Positions 1-9,077 of a stretch of DNA of 64,000 nt are shown here, in pieces. How positions within the stretch are numbered: position 1 is the first letter of the stretch; each line of letters starts with the position of its first letter. The DNA lies in NCBI GenBank assembly GCA_947085855.1, contig CAMTYB010000001.1, positions 564,427 to 628,426 on the forward strand, in the 5' to 3' direction. The stretch is from an uncultured Candidatus Saccharibacteria bacterium (GTDB lineage: Bacteria; Patescibacteriota; Saccharimonadia; Saccharimonadales; 2-12-FULL-41-12). Both the position numbers and the translations under genes were made by a program. Below the pieces are notes generated by a model that had not been told where the DNA came from, ran no database searches, and worked only from the letters and a program-made list of their open reading frames with translations.

Positions 1-1083
1 CTTGCTCGGGTTGGAAACATAGAATGATGGATCGGACGGCCACTTCTTTTTATCGAACAGTGATTTGAAGTTATCGTCCCAGGCTTGGCTAAAGATAAGA
101 TTGTGATGTTGCAAATTACGATATCGCTTCTTGATGCCGAGATGAATCATCAAGGCGCTTGGTGCCAGGACTCGCTTTTTAAAGTAATGTCGTGAGTAAC
201 TACGATGCTCTGGATTCAATAAGGACAGCTCGCTGTGGGCAATGTCTGTATTGCTAACGACAATGTCTGCGCTCATGCGAGTGCCGTCTTCTAAAATAAC
301 CCCGCGCGCTACACGATTACGGACTCGAATTTTTTTAACCGGTTGATTGAAGATAATTTTAACACCCCGCGCCTTGGCAAGTCGTACCAGGGCTTCGACA
401 ATTGTATACATGCCACCTTTGGGATAGAAGACACCTTGCTGCAAGTCAACATGATTAACCAAGCTATATAAGGCAGGCGAGTGCTGTGGGTTAGCACCAA
501 GAAAAACCAGTGGCCACTGCATTATTTTTTGGAGTTCTGGGGTAGAGAAGTACTTTTCGACATGTTTTTGCATTGACGTAAACGCATTGAGCTGTCTGGC
601 TTGGCGGATGACTTTTAGTGACAAGAAATCAAAAGTTGAATTGTAGTTACGGTATAAGAAGTGGTCCATGGCGGCATTGTATTGAAAGGCAGCTCGATCC
701 AAATAGGCCGGCAAGCTCTGGCGTACACCCGGTTCAATTGATGCAAAAGTTTTAATATCTTGCTTGTAGTCACCGTAAATGTCGACAGCTCCGTACAAAG
801 TGTCTTTGAAGAAGACCCGATAGCTTGGGGCCAATTTTTGTAGGTCGAGCAGCTCATGAACGTCTTCGCCGAGGAGCGAAAAGAACTGCTCAAAAACATC
901 TGGCATCAAGTACCAACTTGGCCCAGTTTCAAACTGGTAGCCCTTGGCTTTCAATGTGCCGGCTACGCCGCCAGGTTTGCTATTTTTTTCGTAAATCGTG
1001 ACGTTATAGCCGGCTTCGCCAAGAATGCAAGCAGTGGCTAGACCACCCACCCCGGCGCCGATAATAATGACCGATTTTTGCAT
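1..1083 (-). CDS. FAD-dependent oxidoreductase, phytoene desaturase (CrtI)/amine-oxidase family; C-terminus truncated by window edge
   Basis: Continuous minus-strand ORF from ATG at 1083 running off position 1. N-terminus MQKSVIIIGAGVGGLATACIL is a dinucleotide-binding GxGxxG fold typical of CrtI-like desaturases. Confidence 0.65.
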   Translation of the reverse strand, partial: MQKSVIIIGAGVGGLATACILGEAGYNVTIYEKNSKPGGVAGTLKAKGYQFETGPSWYLMPDVFEQFFSLLGEDVHELLDLQKLAPSYRVFFKDTLYGAVDIYGDYKQDIKTFASIEPGVRQSLPAYLDRAAFQYNAAMDHFLYRNYNSTFDFLSLKVIRQARQLNAFTSMQKHVEKYFSTPELQKIMQWPLVFLGANPQHSPALYSLVNHVDLQQGVFYPKGGMYTIVEALVRLAKARGVKIIFNQPVKKIRVRNRVARGVILEDGTRMSADIVVSNTDIAHSELSLLNPEHRSYSRHYFKKRVLAPSALMIHLGIKKRYRNLQHHNLIFSQAWDDNFKSLFDKKKWPSDPSFYVSNPSK

Positions 1084-1103
1084 GTATGTGTACATCATAA
1101 CAG

Positions 1104-2027
1104 ATGAATATGGTAGTGTTAGAGGGAAAACAGGTAAATCCAACTATTATGACCATTCGAGGCCATGTAACCTTCCGAGAAACTGTAGCAATTAGTCGTC
1201 CCTTATGGTGGTTTGCGACCTGCATACCATTTGTAGTCGGTGCGCTTTTGGCCGACGCTAATCTAGGTGTCACATTCTTCCTTGGTGCATTGTATTTTTT
1301 GTTCCCATACAACTTACTGCTCTACGGCACCAATGACATATTTGACTATGATTCTGATGAGCATAATGTTCGCAAAATTAGTGTGACCCACGGTACGACC
1401 TTAGCAAAAATTAAGCAGCCAGCTCTTCGCAAGCGAATTATCTATGCCAATGTACCGTTTGTGGTGCTGCTGATGGTGCTCGGCAATATCGAATCGAGTG
1501 TATTTTTAGTAATGATGCTCTATCTCGTTCTCGCCTATAGCGTGACGGGCCTTCGATACAAAGAAATACCCTTTATTGATTCACTGACGTCGGCATTTCA
1601 TTATGCATCGCCGTTCTTATTCGCGTTGCTGTTATTCTCGAGTCCTGATTTGTGGACACCAGCTTTTGCTAGCTTTTATTTCTGGGCCGTGGGTAGCCAT
1701 GCCTTTGCCGCCATTCAAGATATTACCCCGGACAAAAAGGCAGGTATCAAGACAATTGCAACGTACCTCGGTGTATCTAAGACGCTGATTTTTGTGGTGA
1801 TAGCCTTTGGCTTGGCAGCGATTGCACCAATTTTGAGCTATGGACCATACGGCTTTATTGCCGTCGGAATCATTGTGCCGTATCTGATTGGCGTATTGTC
1901 AACCTGGCGTTATCGAGATAATGATCAGGCGCCACAATTTGTTACAGTTTGGCATCGCTTTCTTAAACTGAGCTATGTAGTAGCTATCGTTGGTTCCATT
2001 GTGCTGCTATATCTGTATAATAAATAG
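1104..2027 (+). CDS. UbiA-family aromatic/isoprenoid prenyltransferase (9 TM)
   Basis: 307 aa polytopic membrane protein with NDIFDYDSD (NDxxDxxxD) UbiA motif. Divergent from the CrtI-like gene. Confidence 0.7.
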   Translation: MNMVVLEGKQVNPTIMTIRGHVTFRETVAISRPLWWFATCIPFVVGALLADANLGVTFFLGALYFLFPYNLLLYGTNDIFDYDSDEHNVRKISVTHGTTLAKIKQPALRKRIIYANVPFVVLLMVLGNIESSVFLVMMLYLVLAYSVTGLRYKEIPFIDSLTSAFHYASPFLFALLLFSSPDLWTPAFASFYFWAVGSHAFAAIQDITPDKKAGIKTIATYLGVSKTLIFVVIAFGLAAIAPILSYGPYGFIAVGIIVPYLIGVLSTWRYRDNDQAPQFVTVWHRFLKLSYVVAIVGSIVLLYLYNK

Positions 2028-2033
2028 ACTGAT

Positions 2034-3014
2034 ATGACAAATTATCTTGATGATTTACCAAAGCAATTTTTGGTGCTGGCGCCTATGGAAGACGTGACCG
2101 ACACCGTGTTTCGACGTGTCATCGCTCGTAACGCACCGTTTGATCTCTACTTTACTGAATTTGCCAACGTTGATGGCTTGCAGTCGCCAGGTAGAAATGT
2201 CGTTGGACGTCGCTTGCGTTTTGAGCCTGAAGAACAACCCCTCGTGGCTCAGATATGGGGAAAGGATCCGCAGAACTTTTATAAAACTGCCCAAGAGCTC
2301 GTAGAGATGGGCTTTGTGGGTATTGATATCAACATGGGCTGTCCGGTTAAGGCTGTGGTCAAAGAGGGCTGCGGCGGAGGCATTATTGCGTTTCCAGAAC
2401 GAGCCAAAGAAGTCATCCAGACAGTCAAAGACGGTTCTGGCGGAGCAATTCCCATCAGCGTCAAAACTCGCATTGGCTTGAAAGACTACCAGCCCGAATG
2501 GCTGAAAATGCTCTTGGAGCAAGATATAGCAATGTTGACCGTGCACCTGCGAACTGTTAAAGAAATGTCACTCGTGGATGCGCATTGGGAATTGATGGAC
2601 GACATCAAGAAGCTTAGAGATGAGGTTGCTCCACAGACTAAATTAGTAGCTAATGGTGATATTAAAAATCGTCTGCATGCCGAAGAGCTCATGCAAAAGT
2701 ATGGTCTCGATGGGGCCATGATTGGTCGCGGTGTCTTTCACGATCCATTTGCTGCCCTGAGCGATAGTCACTGGGCAGATTTGCCGCCGGCCCAGAAACT
2801 TGATTTATACCGTCAGCATATCGAGCTATTTCAAGAAACGTGGGTAGGGGAGTATCGTCCGATTGCACCGCTCAATAAGTTCTGCAAAACGTACGTGAAT
2901 GGCTTTGCTGGAGCTAAAGAAATACGCGAACGATTAATGCATTGTAAAACGATCGAAGAATTACACAAAAAAGTTCTGGAGCACCAGCAGGCGTTACAGC
3001 TCGTTACGGTTTAA
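2034..3014 (+). CDS. dus: tRNA-dihydrouridine synthase (Dus family, FMN TIM-barrel)
   Basis: N-terminal LAPMEDVTDTVFRRV and GCP..........GGG motifs are characteristic of Dus enzymes. 326 aa. Confidence 0.8.
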   Translation: MTNYLDDLPKQFLVLAPMEDVTDTVFRRVIARNAPFDLYFTEFANVDGLQSPGRNVVGRRLRFEPEEQPLVAQIWGKDPQNFYKTAQELVEMGFVGIDINMGCPVKAVVKEGCGGGIIAFPERAKEVIQTVKDGSGGAIPISVKTRIGLKDYQPEWLKMLLEQDIAMLTVHLRTVKEMSLVDAHWELMDDIKKLRDEVAPQTKLVANGDIKNRLHAEELMQKYGLDGAMIGRGVFHDPFAALSDSHWADLPPAQKLDLYRQHIELFQETWVGEYRPIAPLNKFCKTYVNGFAGAKEIRERLMHCKTIEELHKKVLEHQQALQLVTV

Positions 3015-3366
3015 GATGCGATCCACACGGCTTGGCATGGTGCTTAGCGCCCCATTCAGCCATTTTCTCTAAGACAGATTGAAGTTCAAGTCCTTTAGTC
3101 GTCAGCGCGTAGTTAGAGCGTGGCGGGTGTTCGCAGTATAGTTGCTTGATGACGATTTTTTCATCCTCAAGCATGTTAAGTCGCTGGCTAAGCGTGCGTG
3201 GACTAATAGCTGGCAGGGCAACTTCGAGGGCAGAGAAGGTGAGGGGAGTGCCTGATGATAATTCTTGAAGAATTAATCCGGTCCACTTGTCGCCCATGAT
3301 ACGTAATGTGGTTTCTATGCAACCGGGCTTATCAGTTATTTTATCCATAAATTTAGTATAACCCAT
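3004..3366 (-). CDS. HxlR-family (DUF24) winged-helix transcriptional regulator
   Basis: 120 aa. C..GDKW..LIL..L and PPRSNYALT motifs. Divergent from an FMN reductase, the typical HxlR/YodB arrangement. Confidence 0.85.
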   Translation of the reverse strand: MGYTKFMDKITDKPGCIETTLRIMGDKWTGLILQELSSGTPLTFSALEVALPAISPRTLSQRLNMLEDEKIVIKQLYCEHPPRSNYALTTKGLELQSVLEKMAEWGAKHHAKPCGSHLKP

Positions 3367-3371
3367 AAATG

Positions 3372-3410
3372 ACTTTACAAAGTATAGTTAGTATATATAC
3401 TAAGTAAAGT
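3372..3410. promoter_or_regulatory. Near-palindromic ~39-bp element in the HxlR / FMN-reductase divergent intergenic region (putative operator)
   Basis: ACTTTAC...TAGTATATATACTA...GTAAAGT inverted repeat read directly in the 67-bp intergenic region. Confidence 0.4.
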
Positions 3411-3433
3411 AACAAATAAAATAAGGATAGAAT

Positions 3434-3997
3434 ATGACAAAGATACAGATAATTACTGGCAGTACTCGACCGGGTCGATTAAACAAGCAAGTGGCCGACT
3501 GGGTTTACGAAGTTGCTCAGCAGCGCACCGATATTGAAGTAGAGCTAGTAGACATTGCTGACTACAACTTGCCGTTGCTAGATGAGCCAGCACCTCCAGC
3601 AACTGGTCAGAAAACCAAAGACCACACCAAACGTTGGGCAGCTAAAATTAGCGAAGCCGACGGCTATGTGTTTGTGACACCAGAGTATAATCATGCACCA
3701 TCAGCAGCGCTCAAAAACGCTATCGATTTTGTTAATCATGAATGGAACAACAAAGCTGTAGCCTTTGTAAGCTATGGCTGGCCAGCCAGTGGTTTGCGCG
3801 CGGTTGAACAATTGCGTCAAATTGTAGCTGAGGTTCAGTTGGCGGACATCAATAAGCATGTAGCTTTCGCTGTCGGCCAAGATTTCAAAGATGATTTTCA
3901 GACGCTCAATGCCAACGACAAGCACGTTCAGGATGCACAGGCTATGCTTGATCAGCTAGCAGCGTGGGCGGGGGCATTAAAGACAATTCGCACCTAA
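3434..3997 (+). CDS. NADPH-dependent FMN reductase (flavodoxin-like fold)
   Basis: 187 aa. TGSTRPGR...VTPEYN...SYGWPASG motifs of the FMN_red family. Confidence 0.75.
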   Translation: MTKIQIITGSTRPGRLNKQVADWVYEVAQQRTDIEVELVDIADYNLPLLDEPAPPATGQKTKDHTKRWAAKISEADGYVFVTPEYNHAPSAALKNAIDFVNHEWNNKAVAFVSYGWPASGLRAVEQLRQIVAEVQLADINKHVAFAVGQDFKDDFQTLNANDKHVQDAQAMLDQLAAWAGALKTIRT

Positions 3998-4066
3998 GTT
4001 AAACCAATTGTGCTTGCGCTGACTCCTTATCTGCGCTATATCTATGGCTAATGAGTATCAGCACAT

Positions 4067-4822
4067 ATGACTACTAGTCAGGCTTGTGAGCCTGCGCCAA
4101 TGTCACCCGAATTGGCGGTAAGGCACGCGCATCATCACGAAATTCCAGAATTTAGCGACGCTATCGATAAATGGACGGGGCGCCAACAAACCTGGGCTTG
4201 GCGTCCAGTATTCGCAGCGCTTGAGTCTGAATTGCCAACAGAACTACTAGCTATTCGTGATCATATCGTCAATGACGATGCTGCCATTGTTGAACTTGGT
4301 GGTTTAGTTATGGCCTATGCAATTCCACCCGAAGGTGAGAAACCAGACCAAGCGCAAGCTATGTTTATGCAGGCAGCACTGCGTTTTGGCGAAGCCTATG
4401 CTCATGAAGATCCAACTGTTCGATCATGTTTTGTAGACATGGCATTAGTCGATACCGATTTCTCGCTGCTCTATGCTTTGGACGCCAAGCAATTTGAGCT
4501 GCTTGAGCAACCTGATTTTGCTAAAAGCTTTATGACTGAAGTTTTGGCCGACATACCCGAAGCTTTGGACGAGATGCTTCAATTTACACCATCAGATACC
4601 CAACAGCAACACAAAACCAATGATCAAAAAGTCACGCTACTTGCTCAAGTCATGTATCGTATCCGAAATAATCTTCCACCGAAGGAAATGGTATCGTGGC
4701 TCTATAAGCCCAAGTCAGAGCTTGGCCAGAAAAGTCCGTATGAAGTTATCAATCAGCCGAAGTATGACTCGTATGAACATCGATTGCTGATGGATTTGGC
4801 ACAGCGAACTAACGCCGTTTAA
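4067..4822 (+). CDS. hypothetical protein; C-terminal region weakly resembles DUF2384 (Xre/MbcA/ParS antitoxin toxin-binding domain)
   Basis: 251 aa ORF. C-terminal W....LG.KSPYEVI pattern. No partner toxin on the same strand. Confidence 0.3.
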   Translation: MTTSQACEPAPMSPELAVRHAHHHEIPEFSDAIDKWTGRQQTWAWRPVFAALESELPTELLAIRDHIVNDDAAIVELGGLVMAYAIPPEGEKPDQAQAMFMQAALRFGEAYAHEDPTVRSCFVDMALVDTDFSLLYALDAKQFELLEQPDFAKSFMTEVLADIPEALDEMLQFTPSDTQQQHKTNDQKVTLLAQVMYRIRNNLPPKEMVSWLYKPKSELGQKSPYEVINQPKYDSYEHRLLMDLAQRTNAV

Positions 4823-5687
4823 TCATTTGCATGTATGTTTCTATAGATCTGACTGCCTTAGAAGCCAGGCTGGTAGTTTCAGCTGTAATTTCTGAATAAA
4901 TCTCAGAATAAAGAATTATTGCACGTTCATCCCAAGGCAAAGCCTCGAGGCGTCGCATCTTTCTTGCAGCGACCCATTCGTGAACATTGGTGAGGTTTGC
5001 AAACGTAATCGGCAGCTCATGTGCCTTGAGTAATGCGGTCATATGACCAATGAATTCCTCATTAGTGACATCAGCCAGAACGTAAACCGGCGTCTTTTCT
5101 TGCAGCGCCTCAGCTACAGGGCCCAATCTCTCAGGATTTGCCCAGTGCGACTCGCCAATGCGCTTGGCTTCATCATGTAGCCTATTTCTAAAATATGCGG
5201 GAGTAAATCGTAGTGGACCATTTCGGCTCACATCAGCATAGACGTCTGACAAGGCATGAGATGCGTAATCTATCACTGCCTGATCATTTGGCAGAGACTC
5301 TAGGTCGTCACCATACTCCACGATGAGTTTGCCTAAAACTGCACTACATTCGAGCACCGCAAGATTAAGGTCTGTAACGACAGGAAAACGGATATCGAGC
5401 TCGGGCAATAATGAAAGATGTGCTCCAGTGCCAACAAATAGGCCAACACCATCCGAATGTACGTCTTCAAAGCCTTCCTGGATAGCTGGCACAACTCTAC
5501 CTATCTGGCGATCATTAGTCACAATGTGCCCGGATACACGATAGCAACTCTCCGGTTCATCAGAAAAAACACCGGACAAGGCTTCGATTTGGGCAGCCGG
5601 CCCAGCGTTGTCTTGAATATTATCACCGTAGAAGAAAACTTCGGGATTAACAACACTACCTAATTTTTCAGGTTCCAAAAATGACAT
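4809..5687 (-). CDS. hypothetical cytoplasmic protein
   Basis: 292 aa ORF convergent with the previous gene. No motif recognised. Confidence 0.4.
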   Translation of the reverse strand: MSFLEPEKLGSVVNPEVFFYGDNIQDNAGPAAQIEALSGVFSDEPESCYRVSGHIVTNDRQIGRVVPAIQEGFEDVHSDGVGLFVGTGAHLSLLPELDIRFPVVTDLNLAVLECSAVLGKLIVEYGDDLESLPNDQAVIDYASHALSDVYADVSRNGPLRFTPAYFRNRLHDEAKRIGESHWANPERLGPVAEALQEKTPVYVLADVTNEEFIGHMTALLKAHELPITFANLTNVHEWVAARKMRRLEALPWDERAIILYSEIYSEITAETTSLASKAVRSIETYMQMIKRR

Positions 5688-5734
5688 AATTAGTATAAAA
5701 ATACCATAAAACTGCTAATTTGTCTATACTATTG

Positions 5735-6565
5735 CTAGGATTCGTGAAGACCAATGATATACAGCTCTTCGCCAACGCGGGCACTGTAGTGTGGGAACAG
5801 AATGCATTCATTTTTCTTGGCAAGGTATTGCTTGGGGCCATCAACGGCGATGAGTTGACCCTCGGTTAAGTTATCGAAATTCTTAAAGCCTGGCTCCAGC
5901 GTAATGGTTTCGGTGTTTTTCTTTGCGGCGTACAGGGCCTTCAGAATTTTCTTTGGTTTGTCTGAAAGGGGAACTTTTGATTCGATCATGTCGTAGTACT
6001 GCAGGAATTGGTAGATGGTTTTGACGGCGTAGTCTTTTAGCTCGCTCGATTGGCTGATCGGCCCGCATTCTACGCAGATGCCAACTTTTCCATTAAGGAA
6101 CATGTAGCCGTCACTGCCACCCTTTTCGACGTTTGTGAAGTTAGTGGCAATGAGGGGTAAGTCAAAGACACTGGCGACATCGATGGAGGGTTCTTCGCAG
6201 ATGGCAAAGGGTTCGGTATTGCCATCCGAATAAAACATGTGCAAATCAAGTAGGGCGTCGCATTGGTCGAGTACGGCCATGAGCTCACGTGCGCGAGTAT
6301 CTTCGTAGCTATCGCCATCGTTGCCGGCGAAGAAACGACGATTTAAGTTTTTGTTAATAAAGCGGACATTAGCTTCGATGGCTGGTGGATTGGCAAAAGC
6401 TAGATGCAGCGTACCTTTGGTAAGTTTTAGTTTTGGAATCAATTCCTGTAAAGCATAAATGCCGGCTCGTTCGTTGCCGTGAACTCCAGCAAAGATAGCC
6501 ACGGTAGGTCCGGGCTCTGAGCCAGCTATAGTGATGATTTCTTCTGTAATTGGTGCGATTTTCAT
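5735..6565 (-). CDS. succinylglutamate desuccinylase/aspartoacylase (AstE/AspA) family zinc hydrolase
   Basis: 276 aa. FAGVHGNERAG motif (zinc-binding His/Glu of the M14-like AstE_AspA family). Confidence 0.7.
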   Translation of the reverse strand: MKIAPITEEIITIAGSEPGPTVAIFAGVHGNERAGIYALQELIPKLKLTKGTLHLAFANPPAIEANVRFINKNLNRRFFAGNDGDSYEDTRARELMAVLDQCDALLDLHMFYSDGNTEPFAICEEPSIDVASVFDLPLIATNFTNVEKGGSDGYMFLNGKVGICVECGPISQSSELKDYAVKTIYQFLQYYDMIESKVPLSDKPKKILKALYAAKKNTETITLEPGFKNFDNLTEGQLIAVDGPKQYLAKKNECILFPHYSARVGEELYIIGLHES

Positions 6566-6593
6566 AGTGTTTCCTGATTGATTGTGGTTAGTA

Positions 6594-6620
6594 AAATAAA
6601 AAAGTCCCTGATGAGGGACT
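6594..6620 (-). terminator. intrinsic terminator-like hairpin (AGTCCC-TGATGA-GGGACT followed by U-run on the minus strand) ending a ~280-nt transcribed leader 35 nt upstream of the AstE-like start codon
   Basis: Hairpin plus A9 on the plus strand (T-run on minus) read directly. Confidence 0.45.
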
Positions 6621-6865
6621 GCGAAAATCGATGAATACGCAAACTATCCCTCGTGGGAGTGATGAGTGCTATGCCAGCGATTTAGATCAGACATGATATT
6701 ACAGTAATGGACAAATTATTAATTGGCAAATGCTATTTACTGATGGGCTGGAATAAGCCTACGGCTTGCGACCTGCAGCCATGCTCGAAGTAAACTTCTG
6801 CGCGTGGCTTTGATCTTCGAACCATTTTTGCTGCGCAAAACTTGGTTCGCTTCAGCACTCCGCTG

Positions 6866-6893
6866 AGCAAAATAAAAACCACTCGCTGAGTGG
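6866..6893 (-). terminator. intrinsic terminator immediately 3-prime of the tRNA (CCACTC-AGCG-GAGTGG + U-tract on the minus strand)
   Basis: Hairpin and T-tract directly visible 13 nt after the tRNA CCA end. Confidence 0.5.
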
Positions 6894-6905
6894 CTTCCAT
6901 TTTGC

Positions 6906-6981
6906 TGGTGGGGGTGGTTGGAATCGAACCAACTACCAAGCGGTTATGAGCCGCCTGCTCTAACCGATGAGCTACACCCCC
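6906..6981 (-). tRNA. tRNA with CAT anticodon; body resembles tRNA-Ile2 (lysidine-modified CAU) more than elongator Met
   Basis: The reverse complement folds as a 76-nt cloverleaf. Acceptor GGGGGTG/CACCCCC. Anticodon arm GGCGG-CTCATAA-CCGCT, close to E. coli ileX. T-loop TTCGATT. Encoded CCA. Confidence 0.8.
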
Positions 6982-7059
6982 GGCATTTACACGTGCTGTA
7001 ACAGATAGAGTATACCAGAAATTTGCCAAAGATTGGTATAATATACGCTGATAACCATC

Positions 7060-7515
7060 ATGAACAAACAATCAAAAACAATTTTAGAAAAAGCTCAGGT
7101 GCTCACAGACGCTCGTGCACTTGGTTTATTAGCCTTTGGCGTGGTAGCAGTGCTCGTGACCTGGAGCGGCATTAAAGTCGTTCAAACTAACTATGAACTT
7201 GAGAAAAAAATTGCCGTAGCAAAGCAGCGCAATGCAATTGAACAGCTAGCCAATGAAAATCTCAAGCTCAAGAATAAGTATTACGAAAGTAATCAGTATC
7301 TAGAGTTATCGGCTCGTCGACAGTTTGGCAAAGCGGCAGCAGGAGAACGATTGTACATTGTTCCGGAGAGTGTGGCGTTAGCTAAAACAGTGGGACCGGC
7401 TGAGCCCGTTACCGAATCAAGTGAAGTAAAGGTAGAGTCAAAAAAACCACGTTACCAGCAAAATTTTGATGACTGGATGGAGTTTTTGTTTAGCACCGAC
7501 CCGCAAAGAGGCTAA
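7060..7515 (+). CDS. ftsB: septum formation initiator family protein (FtsB/DivIC-like)
   Basis: 151 aa with an N-terminal TM then a coiled coil (LEKKIAVAKQRNAIEQLANENLKLKNKY). Confidence 0.55.
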   Translation: MNKQSKTILEKAQVLTDARALGLLAFGVVAVLVTWSGIKVVQTNYELEKKIAVAKQRNAIEQLANENLKLKNKYYESNQYLELSARRQFGKAAAGERLYIVPESVALAKTVGPAEPVTESSEVKVESKKPRYQQNFDDWMEFLFSTDPQRG

Positions 7516-8261
7516 GCAGTTATGAGCGTGCTGGCTGACTGGTCGACAAAAGCTTTGAAGAGCTGCTCCCACTCGGGCTGCTTGTGGATGAGCGATTCTG
7601 GGTGAGATTGAACGCCAACAATAAAACGACCGTCGGTGGTCTCGAGGCCTTCGATGATGCCATCAGGCGCCAGGGCTGTAACGCGTAGATTTTTACCAAG
7701 ATTTTTGACCGCTTGATGGTGGTGAGAATTGGTGTTGATAGACGTAGTTTGCAAAATAGCACATAGCTTTGAGTCCGGTGAGATGGTGATGTCGTGGGCA
7801 GCATGCGATAAATTCTCGGCTTTGGTGGAACTTTCGTGGTCATGGGCATCGGGTAGATCTTCCGGAATATCTTGATATAAGTCGCCCCCGTAGTAGATGT
7901 TGAGCATCTGCATGCCGCGACAAATAGCTAAGATTGGCAGATCTCGCGTAAGGGCTTGTTCTAGAACGTACATGTCGGTGCTGTCGCGAAGGTCAGATAG
8001 ATCGACTAATTTGTCGTATGGTTTCTGGCCGTAAACTTGCGGGTGGATGTCATTGCCGCCACTTAGGAGTAGACCGTCTAACTTGTCACAAATGCCGTTG
8101 AGAACGGATTTATCAAAGGTTAGTGGCAAGATAATTGGTATACCGCCGCCATGAATAACGGCATCAATGTATGTATGACTTTGGCCAAAAGTGGCTGGGG
8201 CCCATGGTCGATCACGATTAAAGACTTCGCCGGCAGTTACCCCAATGAGCGGTTTGTTCAT
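7512..8261 (-). CDS. class I glutamine amidotransferase-like gamma-glutamyl hydrolase (peptidase C26, PuuD-like)
   Basis: 249 aa. LLSGGNDIHP and Cys nucleophile in ILAICRGMQ, with a downstream His-rich catalytic region. Confidence 0.75.
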   Translation of the reverse strand: MNKPLIGVTAGEVFNRDRPWAPATFGQSHTYIDAVIHGGGIPIILPLTFDKSVLNGICDKLDGLLLSGGNDIHPQVYGQKPYDKLVDLSDLRDSTDMYVLEQALTRDLPILAICRGMQMLNIYYGGDLYQDIPEDLPDAHDHESSTKAENLSHAAHDITISPDSKLCAILQTTSINTNSHHHQAVKNLGKNLRVTALAPDGIIEGLETTDGRFIVGVQSHPESLIHKQPEWEQLFKAFVDQSASTLITA

Positions 8262-8327
8262 TACCGCTTATTTTACCATAAGAAAGTTTTAAGCTTTCTG
8301 AAAGCTCTATCGTATACAATAGATTGA

Positions 8328-9041
8328 ATGCGAGCTTACCAGAAAAGACGACTGTTTGTCGTAGCAGTTCTATTATTGAGCGCTTTGAGCGGCTTTATCT
8401 ATGAAGCGAATCAGCCCAAACTAGATTACCGAGACAGCACAGTTCAGTCTTCGCAGACTGCAGCTGCGCCTGGCTCGGCCCAGCAAGCCTTGCAAACACT
8501 TGAGGTCAAAGGCCGAGCGCCAAAGACCGGCTATAGTCGCGATCAGTTTTCGACCGGCTGGGCCGACGCTGGCGGCTGTGACGTCCGTAACTTTATCCTC
8601 AAACGCGATATGACGGCCGTCATCACTCGATCAATGGCAGATTGCACTGTCATGCAGGGCACACTCAATGACCCATACACAGGCAAGACAATCCAGTTTG
8701 TTCGTGGCAGCGACAACAGCGGTGTGCAAATAGACCACATGGTTGCTTTGTCGAATGCCTGGCAAACCGGTGCCCAACAATTGACGTCCGATCAGCGCTT
8801 TTTAATTGCTAATGACCAGCTCAACCTTATGGCCGTTGATGGCCCGACCAACCAGAAGAAAGGCGATGGTGATGCAGCCACCTGGCTGCCGCCAAACAAA
8901 GACTATCGATGCCAGTATGTTGCCCGTCAAATTGCAGTCAAGCAAAAGTATCGTTTGTGGGTCACCCAAGCTGAATCAGAGGCGATGCAAAAGGTTTTGC
9001 AGGCGTGTCCAGGTCAAGCTTTACCGAGCATAAGCCAGTAA
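8328..9041 (+). CDS. secreted DUF1524 (GmrSD C-terminal-like, His-Me finger) endonuclease
   Basis: Signal peptide, then IDHMVALSNAW....N......NQKKGD (DH...N...N..KG) motif. Confidence 0.6.
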   Translation: MRAYQKRRLFVVAVLLLSALSGFIYEANQPKLDYRDSTVQSSQTAAAPGSAQQALQTLEVKGRAPKTGYSRDQFSTGWADAGGCDVRNFILKRDMTAVITRSMADCTVMQGTLNDPYTGKTIQFVRGSDNSGVQIDHMVALSNAWQTGAQQLTSDQRFLIANDQLNLMAVDGPTNQKKGDGDAATWLPPNKDYRCQYVARQIAVKQKYRLWVTQAESEAMQKVLQACPGQALPSISQ

Positions 9042-9077
9042 ACATCTAGATTACATTCTGTCTCTAAAGTTGATGCT

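Noticed and set aside
2055-2719. Several 60-160-aa minus-strand ORFs antisense to the dus gene
   Set aside because: They are contained in a well-supported plus-strand CDS with conserved motifs.
6603-6630. CTGATGA ... GAAA resembling the hammerhead ribozyme catalytic core
   Set aside because: CTGATGA is simply the loop of a perfect AGTCCC/GGGACT hairpin followed by an A/T run. Stems I-III of a hammerhead cannot be drawn. It is interpreted as an intrinsic terminator.
6733-7071. 112-aa minus-strand ORF from the six-frame track
   Set aside because: It overlaps the tRNA gene and its terminator, so it is almost certainly non-coding. Only its last 30 codons are mentioned as a possible leader peptide.
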